Below are positions 48,268-56,332 of a DNA stretch of 64,000 bases, one piece after another. The stretch is from Candidatus Kryptoniota bacterium (lineage in GTDB: Bacteria; Bacteroidota; Ignavibacteria; Kryptoniales; JAKASW01), in NCBI GenBank assembly GCA_046705025.1, contig JBJKQU010000043.1:104961-168960 (forward strand). Reading direction: 5' to 3'. The notes under the pieces were generated by a model. It did no database searches, was not told the origin of the DNA, and saw nothing but the letters and a program-made list of their open reading frames with translations. The translations under genes were made by a program, and so were the position numbers. The stretch's first letter is position 1. Each line of letters opens with the position of its first letter.

Positions 48268-48981
48268 TCAGTCATTGCCCTGTGCAGTTCCGCCCGCCTT
48301 CGAGGCCATTTTGGCCAGTTTCTCGACGTCGGCTTTTGTCTCTTTGGGAAATCCCTCGAAGGTTCTGATGTAGCTTATTATATCAATCCTGTCGTTGATT
48401 GAAATGGTGCTGAAAGGAGGCATGGGGCTTCCGGGTATTCCGTCGGTTAGAGTCTTGAACATGCCCGACGCCATCCGGCCGTTTATCCAGCCCTTAGCCG
48501 AATGAAAGTCACGCGGCTTCGGCTTCAAAGCTGCTGCTGCAGGTCCGTCGCCTTCGCCATTCGCTCCGTGGCAGGCGACACAGTTGTTCATGTAGAGGTT
48601 CTTCCCCTTCTCTATCATCTCTTCCGACGGCGACATCAGGCCAGCATACCTTTTGAAATCGACAGACGCTTCAGACGCCGATGAAGGTGCGGGGGCTGCA
48701 CCGGACACCGCCGAAGCTTCTGATGACTTCGACGTCGCAGGAGTTGCGGCGGCGGATTCTGAAGCGTTCGAACTCGGTTGAGTTAGTGCTGCCTGACTGG
48801 TAGCGGCCGCTGGGGTGGAGACGGGGCTCTGCTTAGCTTGCCGATGGGCTGAATAAAGGAAACCCACTCCGACGACTACACCGACGAAATACACATAATA
48901 CAGCGCGCGCCACCATGACTTCCTTTCGAAGAATGATGCCTCCGGATCCGGATTACCTCTCTGTAATTGTCCTTCCATCAA
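48268..48981 (-). CDS. Membrane-anchored monoheme cytochrome c with flexible A/S/T/P linker
   Basis: N-terminal TM, low-complexity linker, CVACHG..G.GDGP, PKPRDF, GIPGSPMP; first gene of the oxidase operon. Confidence 0.92.
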   Translation of the reverse strand: MMEGQLQRGNPDPEASFFERKSWWRALYYVYFVGVVVGVGFLYSAHRQAKQSPVSTPAAATSQAALTQPSSNASESAAATPATSKSSEASAVSGAAPAPSSASEASVDFKRYAGLMSPSEEMIEKGKNLYMNNCVACHGANGEGDGPAAAALKPKPRDFHSAKGWINGRMASGMFKTLTDGIPGSPMPPFSTISINDRIDIISYIRTFEGFPKETKADVEKLAKMASKAGGTAQGND

Positions 48982-49785
48982 TTGCCTTTCCGATTGTTAG
49001 AGATCTGAAGGAGACTGTCATCTCAGTTTCAGACGACCGCCAGTTACTGTGTTTTCTCCAAAGTGGACATATTTATATGGAAAAAGCATCAACATACTGA
49101 ACGCTAACAGAAAACTACTGGGCAATTGTGAAGCTAGGGACTCGCCGCGCCGAACTTGAGATTCCCGGTACGTGCCGTGAGTTTGGAAACGGCCCCTGGG
49201 GAAATCATCATGCAAAGAAGGCGATTGCCGAAGATCCGTGCTAACGGAAACGAGGGACAATCGTTTTGCACCGTCATTCGGCTCGGAAGGCGACAATGAG
49301 GTGCCAGACTGCAATAAACTCACTACTCCGTTCCTCCACTCTGGCTGGATAGCCTTAGTGGACCCGGAATACATATTGCCATACATAACATTTCAACAAA
49401 CATCAAAACAGTTTTCAACAGATCCATTTTTGTCATAAGAATCACCGAGGCAGTCCTATTGAATCGTTTCCGCCGGACATGGTGAGAGAAACGCCGCGCA
49501 AGCCGGCAGGACGGTTGCCTGCATAAGCTGCTTCCGAGAGCTTATCTTCCTGTTCCTTCATTGCAGCGGACTTGGATAATTTGTACCCATCGCTAGAATT
49601 GCATTTCCTTAGTTTTCTGCCGAGACTCCGGATGAAGGCAACCCTCAGATGCCAATAATCGCATCCGGTATGCATTTACTGCCCCCGATTCCAGGAACCT
49701 CGTATTGCAAATTGAGATCATTATCATATCTCTCAATGCAGAATCCCCTAAAAAGTTCCCCAGGAAGGGGTTTTGCGGATTTTTT

Positions 49786-50274
49786 TTAATGCAATCTGAA
49801 GATAATTTGCCCTTTTTCCACGACATCCCCGCTCTTTACGAGGACATCAGCAACTTCCGCGTCCTGAGCTGTCCGTATCTCGTTCTCCATCTTCATGGCT
49901 TCCAGAATCGCTAGTGTTGAGCCGCGCTTGACGGTGTCCCCCTTACTCACCAGAATCTTTACTACCAGTCCCGGCATCGGAGCCCTCATCTCGGCATTCA
50001 TCCTACGACCGGCTCCCACCGACTGAAATTTCTTCAGGAGCAAGTCACGGTCACTCAGCACCTTGAATTTTATCTTCTCATCCGTCGAACAGACTTCGAT
50101 CTCGTCCAAAGTACGGGAGTACACTATCTCCCTGATCGCGTCCCCAACCTTCACCAACAGACGCCCCGCGTCGGCATCGAGCACTTCGAATTTCAGCTTG
50201 CCGCCCTCAAACGAGACACCCCCGTTTTCAAGACTGAACTCAATAAGCTTATCTGCTACCTCAATGCCCGGCAT
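49786..50274 (-). CDS. Biotin carboxyl carrier protein of an acyl-CoA carboxylase
   Basis: APMPG and EAMKMEN biotinylation motif. Confidence 0.94.
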   Translation of the reverse strand: MPGIEVADKLIEFSLENGGVSFEGGKLKFEVLDADAGRLLVKVGDAIREIVYSRTLDEIEVCSTDEKIKFKVLSDRDLLLKKFQSVGAGRRMNAEMRAPMPGLVVKILVSKGDTVKRGSTLAILEAMKMENEIRTAQDAEVADVLVKSGDVVEKGQIIFRLH

Positions 50275-51779
50275 CAGCCCTCATGCCTCCCTCTGATCCA
50301 CTCGGAGGTTTTTGAAACTGCTGCGTGTCCGTTCCTATTCAGACTTACCCCGCTCGTAAGGGTATGGGCAGCCACTATGAGCGCATCTTCTAATCCGCGG
50401 CCTGAAACATCGAGAGAGGCTGCCCCGTCTTTGTTCCAGTTCTTCTCCACAAAACTCGTCGAGTATTTCCCGTCCCTGAAGTCGTCGCTCCGAAGGACGA
50501 ACCTGCAGAACGGTATGGTGGTTTTGACGCCGCCTATGACATAGTCTTCGAGAGCCCGGAGCATCTTTTGAATCGCCAGTTCCCTTGTAGAGTCCCACAC
50601 ACTGAGTTTGGCAATCATCGGGTCATAGTAAACCGAAATATCGTTGCCGGCCTCGACACCCGAATCCACTCGAACATTATTCCCCGCGGGTTCGCGCATG
50701 CCGTTCAACGTGCCGGTGTCCGGCAAAAAGTTGTTGACGGCGTCCTCAGCATAAATCCGGCACTCAATCGCATGGCCCCGCCGGGTTACCTGCTGCTGCG
50801 CGAAAGCAAGATCTGATCCTTCTGCTATGTTTATCTGTTCACGGACAATATCGAGTCCGGTCGTAAGCTCAGTAATCGGATGCTCGACCTGGAGCCGGGT
50901 GTTCATTTCAAGAAAATAGTATTTGCCATCCTCACCCAGAATGAACTCCACCGTCCCGGCATTCCGGTAGCCGCATGATTTCGCCGCATTGACGGCGGCT
51001 TCGCCCATTTCCTTGCGCAGCTGTGGGGTCAACGCGGTCGAGGGAGTCTCTTCCACGACCTTTTGATGACGACGCTGAATTGAGCATTCGCGCTCAAAAA
51101 GATGAATTGTCCTGCCGTAATTGTCCGCAAGGATCTGGAACTCTATGTGGCGAGGGTTGACGATGTACTTCTCTATGAAGGTCCTCTTGTCTCCGAACGC
51201 GGAAAGAGCTTCCGACTGCGCACCCCGCAGGCTGGCCTCAAGGTCTGCTTCATCCTGAACTAGTCTCATTCCCTTTCCGCCGCCGCCGGCCGCCGCCTTG
51301 ATCAAAACAGGGTAGCCCACCTTTTTCGCAACTTCTCTGGCCTGATCCACGCCTTCAACCGGTTCAGAAATACCTGGGACCACCGGCACTCCCTGACTGC
51401 TGACTATTTTGCGCGCCTCGGTCTTGTCTCCCATTGCCCGGATCGTGTCGGACTTCGGCCCGATAAAAACCAGCCCCGCTCTCTCGACTTCAGAGGCAAA
51501 CTCAGAATTCTCAGACAAAAAGCCATAGCCGGGATGGATTGCGTCGGCCCCGGCCTTCCGGGCGATCCGCATTACCTTTTCAATATCGAGGTAAGTCTCG
51601 CGCGCCTCCTTGCCGACGAGCGGGTAAGCCTCATCCGCATAGCGGACGAAGGGCATCATGATGTCCACGTCCGAATAGATGGCGACGGAGCTTTTCCCCA
51701 TCTCCCTTATCGTGCGCATGATCCTGAGGGTAATTTCCCCCCGATTTGCCACAAGGATTTTGGAAATCTGTCCCTTCAT
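50274..51779 (-). CDS. accC: Biotin carboxylase subunit
   Basis: ANRGEI, HPGYGFLSEN, GGGGKGMR, RECSIQRRHQK, EMNTRLQVEHP. Confidence 0.96.
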   Translation of the reverse strand: MKGQISKILVANRGEITLRIMRTIREMGKSSVAIYSDVDIMMPFVRYADEAYPLVGKEARETYLDIEKVMRIARKAGADAIHPGYGFLSENSEFASEVERAGLVFIGPKSDTIRAMGDKTEARKIVSSQGVPVVPGISEPVEGVDQAREVAKKVGYPVLIKAAAGGGGKGMRLVQDEADLEASLRGAQSEALSAFGDKRTFIEKYIVNPRHIEFQILADNYGRTIHLFERECSIQRRHQKVVEETPSTALTPQLRKEMGEAAVNAAKSCGYRNAGTVEFILGEDGKYYFLEMNTRLQVEHPITELTTGLDIVREQINIAEGSDLAFAQQQVTRRGHAIECRIYAEDAVNNFLPDTGTLNGMREPAGNNVRVDSGVEAGNDISVYYDPMIAKLSVWDSTRELAIQKMLRALEDYVIGGVKTTIPFCRFVLRSDDFRDGKYSTSFVEKNWNKDGAASLDVSGRGLEDALIVAAHTLTSGVSLNRNGHAAVSKTSEWIRGRHEG

Positions 51780-51826
51780 ATCATCATGATCCGCATTCCA
51801 TAAGTTTGAAAGATACGGCCGCCCTC

Positions 51827-54187
51827 CTATTCGGCCTTCATTGAAACGATCGTGACACCCTGGCCGCCCTCTCCCATCTCTCCGGACCGGAAAGAGGCAA
51901 CGAACGGATGTACTTTCAGCAGCTGCTCCACCGCTTTCCGCAGCGAGCCCGTTCCCGTACCATGAACCACTTCTACCTGCTTCAGACCGCTGAGGTATGC
52001 CTCGTCCAGAAATTTTTCTACAGAGGTTTGGATTTCGTAAGGCCTCATTCCGCGAATATCCATCTTGGTCGACGTACCTGATTTCACCTCTACGGTGACC
52101 TCGCGCTTCTTGATCCTGCCGCGGGTCGTTCTCTGAAGCTCACTTTCGTGGACGCGCATCTTCAGTCCGTTCACCTCAACGACCAGTTCACCTTTATCGT
52201 TCGCTTTCTCAACCACTTCCCCTGATAGCAACGTACCCTTCAAGAGCACCGGCTCGCCTATTTCTAAATTCGCCGACCGCTGCGCTTTGTGCTCCTCTTT
52301 CATGTTTGCGACATGCTGCTTCATCTCGCCGATCTGCGCTCTGGCGCGCTTTATGGTCTCCTTTTCCGCGTTCGTCTCGCGAATCTCCCTAACCATATTC
52401 TCTATCTGCCTGTTCAGGTTGCCAACAATCTTCTCTGATTCGTCTGCCGCGCTTTTCTTTATCTCCGCAGCTTCTTTTTTTGCGGTGTAAAGCTTCTTTT
52501 CATACTCCTGCCGCATCGTTTCGGCTAGCTCCTGCTCCTTCTTTATCTCGGAAACCCTGTCGCGTAGCTCGTTCTCCAGCTGCTCGACTTTCAAAAGCAA
52601 GCTCTCCAGCTTATCCCTGCCTTCACCGACGTACTTACGCGCCCGTTCCACCGTGTGGTCTGCTATCCCCGTACGCTGGGCTATTTCAAATGCATAGCTC
52701 GAACCCGGCCTCCCGAGAACAAGCTTGTACGTCGGCATAAGAGTCTTTTGGTCGAATTCCATTGCCGCGTTCAGCATTCCGTCTGCTTCGCTCGCAAACA
52801 CCTTCAGACCGGAATTGTGCGTCGTGACGAATGACATGGTCCCCTTGTCCCGCAGCTCCTCGAGTATTGCGGAAGCCAATGCAGCACCTTCAGCTGGCTC
52901 GGTCTCCTCACCGAACTCGTCAACCAGGACCAACGACTTATCATCCGCCTTCCCTAGCACTTCAACAAAATGTTTTATTCTAGACGTGAAGGTACTCAGG
53001 TCGTTTTCGATCGACTGCTCGTCCCCGATATCCGTGAATAGAGCCCCGTAGATCGGGAGCTCGGTTCCCGGGTCGGCTGTCAAAGGAACCGCAGCAAGAG
53101 TACACAGCGCGAAGATGCCGACCGTCTTCAACGTAACCGTCTTTCCGCCGGAGTTTGGACCGCTGATCACGACGACGCGGTTCGTATCATCCAAAAACAT
53201 GTCAACAGGTGTCACCTTCTCGCGTCCCAACTTTATTACAAGCAGCGGATGACGGGCCTTCACCAGCCGGGGAACCGGTGCCGCTCCGGCTGCAGGGACG
53301 ACAGCGTTGAGACGCACGGAGTACATCGCACGCGAGTAGAGGCTGTCCAGGTACGCAAGGATGTCGAGGTTCTGCAACAGCTGCGGAACTACCTCCCTCA
53401 CCGAGTCTGTCAGTTCGCGCAGTATTCTCTCTATCTCCCTCTGCTCTTCGAATTGCAGAGAGATTACCTCATTGTTAAGATCGACCGTGCCGGACGGTTC
53501 GATGAAAACCGTCTGCCCGGTCGCGCTCGAGCCGTGAATCAACCCCTCTATCTGACGCTTGAATTCCGCCTTTACAGGAAGAACAAGTCTCCCGTCGCGC
53601 TGTGTGAAAATATCGTCCTCCGAATAATCCAACTCTGAAAACGAACGCCCTATCGACATTATTTTCTTGCGCGCCGCCGTCCGGGTGCGATAGAGCTTGC
53701 TTCTTATCTGGCGCAGCTCTTTGCTTGCGTCGTCGAGGATGTTGCCCTCCTCGTCGACAGCCCTGTTGATGTTGAACTCGAGAATTGAGTCGGGATAAAG
53801 CCTGAAACCCATTTCGGAAATCTCCCGCAGTTCCGTCTTTTGTTTCAGGAGACTCTTGCGGGTGGACTCAGACACGTGTAGAAGCACAGAAATGTCACGA
53901 AGCTCCTTGCCCGGAAGAAAGCTTCCGGGTTTTGACGCTCGACTGAGGGACGTGCGCACATCCTTGGCTCCTGTCAAGTCCGGAAAAATATTCCGGGCCA
54001 CCAAAGAATGCGCCTGGTCTACCAGAAGGTATTCATTAGCAAGCGAGTCCCTGTCGAAAATGATCGGAATATCGTCGAGATACCTCTCGCCAAGTTCCGT
54101 CTGACAAAGTGACTTAAGGTATGAAATCAGTTTGGGAAATTCGAGTTTCTCCAGTGACCGCTGTAATTCAGGATCCCGCTGTATCAT
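51827..54187 (-). CDS. mutS2: Endonuclease MutS2
   Basis: SGPNSGGKT, DIGDEQSIE, LSTF, coiled coil, C-terminal Smr domain (HGTGTG.LR). Confidence 0.96.
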   Translation of the reverse strand: MIQRDPELQRSLEKLEFPKLISYLKSLCQTELGERYLDDIPIIFDRDSLANEYLLVDQAHSLVARNIFPDLTGAKDVRTSLSRASKPGSFLPGKELRDISVLLHVSESTRKSLLKQKTELREISEMGFRLYPDSILEFNINRAVDEEGNILDDASKELRQIRSKLYRTRTAARKKIMSIGRSFSELDYSEDDIFTQRDGRLVLPVKAEFKRQIEGLIHGSSATGQTVFIEPSGTVDLNNEVISLQFEEQREIERILRELTDSVREVVPQLLQNLDILAYLDSLYSRAMYSVRLNAVVPAAGAAPVPRLVKARHPLLVIKLGREKVTPVDMFLDDTNRVVVISGPNSGGKTVTLKTVGIFALCTLAAVPLTADPGTELPIYGALFTDIGDEQSIENDLSTFTSRIKHFVEVLGKADDKSLVLVDEFGEETEPAEGAALASAILEELRDKGTMSFVTTHNSGLKVFASEADGMLNAAMEFDQKTLMPTYKLVLGRPGSSYAFEIAQRTGIADHTVERARKYVGEGRDKLESLLLKVEQLENELRDRVSEIKKEQELAETMRQEYEKKLYTAKKEAAEIKKSAADESEKIVGNLNRQIENMVREIRETNAEKETIKRARAQIGEMKQHVANMKEEHKAQRSANLEIGEPVLLKGTLLSGEVVEKANDKGELVVEVNGLKMRVHESELQRTTRGRIKKREVTVEVKSGTSTKMDIRGMRPYEIQTSVEKFLDEAYLSGLKQVEVVHGTGTGSLRKAVEQLLKVHPFVASFRSGEMGEGGQGVTIVSMKAE

Positions 54188-54720
54188 CTTTGAGTTTTTG
54201 AACCACTCTTATGGATGGGAGAGAAAAAGTCGTTTATGTACTTCTCGGTCGTCCTGCTGGTAGTAAAAAACTCGTAGACCTGCCCGGCGAATCCCTTCAG
54301 GGGCTTGTAAATTATAGACCTCTGCAAGGAAGGCCCATTGGGCGGAACATCGAACAGTGAAAGGAGAAGGAGAAGCAAGCTTAAGAAGAGGGCACCCTCG
54401 AGTACACCGAAGAGCGCTCCTCCGAACTTGTCCCAGAGCTGCAGGATGGGGACTTTCCTGAATCCTTTCGCAAGAAGCGATGCGACGATGAACAGTGCGG
54501 CGAAGATTGCTACCAGCCCTATCACTATGCTCGTCATTTCACCCACATCGAGCAGCCTGCCTACAAACGCGGCAATCTCTTTTGAATCCTTAGCGGCGAT
54601 GTAGATGCCTATCAGCAAAGCAAGGAGTGAGAAGACCTTTCGGAAAAATCCCTTCGCAAATCCGTGCATCGCGAAAGCTATCAGGACCACGATAAGGATA
54701 ATGTCGATAAAGCTCATCAA
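54184..54720 (-). CDS. CvpA-family membrane protein
   Basis: D.I......GF.KGF N-terminus and DKFGGALFG; next to mutS2. Confidence 0.9.
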   Translation of the reverse strand: MMSFIDIILIVVLIAFAMHGFAKGFFRKVFSLLALLIGIYIAAKDSKEIAAFVGRLLDVGEMTSIVIGLVAIFAALFIVASLLAKGFRKVPILQLWDKFGGALFGVLEGALFLSLLLLLLSLFDVPPNGPSLQRSIIYKPLKGFAGQVYEFFTTSRTTEKYINDFFSPIHKSGSKTQR

Positions 54721-55169
54721 CTAAGCTTTGCCTTCACAATCTCTTGCACAATCCTGCCGTCTGCCTTTCCGCGCAGGTCCTTCATAGCAGCGCCCATAAG
54801 CTTGCCGAATTCTTTCTGATCCCGGACGCCCAGCTTTGCGGCAAGTTCGTCCACGAACTTGACTACCTCCTCGCGGCTCAACTGTCTGGGAAGGTATTCC
54901 TGGATTATTTCAAGCTCTTTCCGTTCCTTGTCCGCAAGGTCCTTGCGGCCGGCTTTGTCGAACTCCTCTATCGATTCCTTTCTCATTTTGGCCGAACTAA
55001 GAAGAACCTGCATCTCGTCCTCCTCAGTCATCCCCTCCGGTGTCGTACGCTTTTCGACTTCCTTTTCCAAAAGCTTTGCTTTGACCATTCGCAACGTCTC
55101 AAGGCGAAGGGTATCCCTCTTCAACATTGCGGTCTTGATGTGATCACTGATAGTATCTTTGATTGACAT
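54717..55169 (-). CDS. GatB/YqeY domain protein
   Basis: RKESIEEF..AGR.DLA..E, YLPRQLS, GKADG; start at ATG 55169 overlapping the upstream stop. Confidence 0.93.
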   Translation of the reverse strand: MSIKDTISDHIKTAMLKRDTLRLETLRMVKAKLLEKEVEKRTTPEGMTEEDEMQVLLSSAKMRKESIEEFDKAGRKDLADKERKELEIIQEYLPRQLSREEVVKFVDELAAKLGVRDQKEFGKLMGAAMKDLRGKADGRIVQEIVKAKLS

Positions 55170-55876
55170 TACAGTTTCCCTGGAAATTTCATTATTGTTC
55201 CGTTTAGCGATCCGCCGGAGCCGCACAAGAACAGGACTGCGTCTACTATCTCCTGCATCCCGACCCATTTGCTCTTGTCCGCCCCGGCCATGGATTTCCT
55301 GTTGCTTTCTGTGTCGATTATCGACGGGGCAACACCATTTACCGAAATGCCGTACTCCTTGTATTCCTCAGCCGCAGCCTTCGTTAACGCAAGCACGGCC
55401 GATTTCGAGGCGGCATAGACCGCACTCCCCGCACCCGTTCCGAAAACCTGAAGTGAAACGAAGTTAACTATCCGGCCGAACTTTCTCTCCACCATTATAG
55501 GCAGGACCGAAGCCATTATGTTGAACGCCGGCACGACGTCGATAGAAAACATCGTCCGTAAATCAGAATCGGTATGCTCGTGGAGTCTCTTGCCGCCGAT
55601 CCACCCGCCGAGCGAGTTTGCGAGAAAATCTATCCGCCCGTAGTTCTTGACCGTTGAATCGGTCGCTTTCCGTGCCTCATCAAGATTCGACAGGTCGGCT
55701 CGTATCGATTGGAAGGCATTCCCATATCGCTCAAATGCCTCTTTGAGCCCCTTTTCCCGTCCGGTACTTCTGTAGACAAATGCGACTTTCGATCCGGCTT
55801 CCAGGAAAGCTTGGGCCAGCGCGTTCCCTACCGAGCCACCGGTGACAAGAGCGATTCTTCCAGAGAGACTCATCAT
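55169..55876 (-). CDS. Short-chain dehydrogenase/reductase
   Basis: ALVTGG (shortened Gly loop), YAASK, N.VAPSIIDT. Confidence 0.9.
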   Translation of the reverse strand: MMSLSGRIALVTGGSVGNALAQAFLEAGSKVAFVYRSTGREKGLKEAFERYGNAFQSIRADLSNLDEARKATDSTVKNYGRIDFLANSLGGWIGGKRLHEHTDSDLRTMFSIDVVPAFNIMASVLPIMVERKFGRIVNFVSLQVFGTGAGSAVYAASKSAVLALTKAAAEEYKEYGISVNGVAPSIIDTESNRKSMAGADKSKWVGMQEIVDAVLFLCGSGGSLNGTIMKFPGKL

Positions 55877-55881
55877 GTGAA

Positions 55882-55910
55882 AATTTATTTTTAAGACCGA
55901 TAAAAAGCAA
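55882..55910 (-). promoter_or_regulatory. Sigma70-type promoter of the SDR-yqeY-cvpA-mutS2 operon (TTGCTT-17-TAAATT)
   Basis: 17-nt spacing; tandem ATGs 5 and 8 nt after the -10. Confidence 0.5.
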
Positions 55911-56332
55911 TTTGCGCGGGCCGGCAGACTTTGTTAGCAGGATCAAATACGCTACATTATGAGGTCAACTACTAAAAAAACGCACAAAGGACAACCAAAC
56001 AGCCGTTGCCGAATTTTGTTTAGTGAATCCCAAAAACACCTCAACAGCAGATTAGTAATCCAGCAGCACTTTGATTAGTCTAAATTCCGCGGATGGCACA
56101 GCCTATGTTTGGCAAACAGGGGGTAAATCCTCTAAACGCCTGTATGACTATCTCCGGGGATGGGTTTCTTTTGGCCTGCCCCTGAACCTCCCGCAACTGC
56201 CTTCGTCATGCACACAAAAGCGCCGTCTGCTAAACAGCGGCATTCACACCCACGTTCCAGTATGCGATCAATCGTTTATTGCCATACATTCATCCTTATG
56301 TATACGAACAAACAAAAAGGAAAGGAACGCCG

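Noticed and set aside
56111-56145. GGCAAAC-stem-ACGC resembling a c-di-GMP-I riboswitch upstream of the M13 peptidase
   Set aside because: Lacks the conserved GACGCAAA junction and a recognisable P3/tetraloop receptor.
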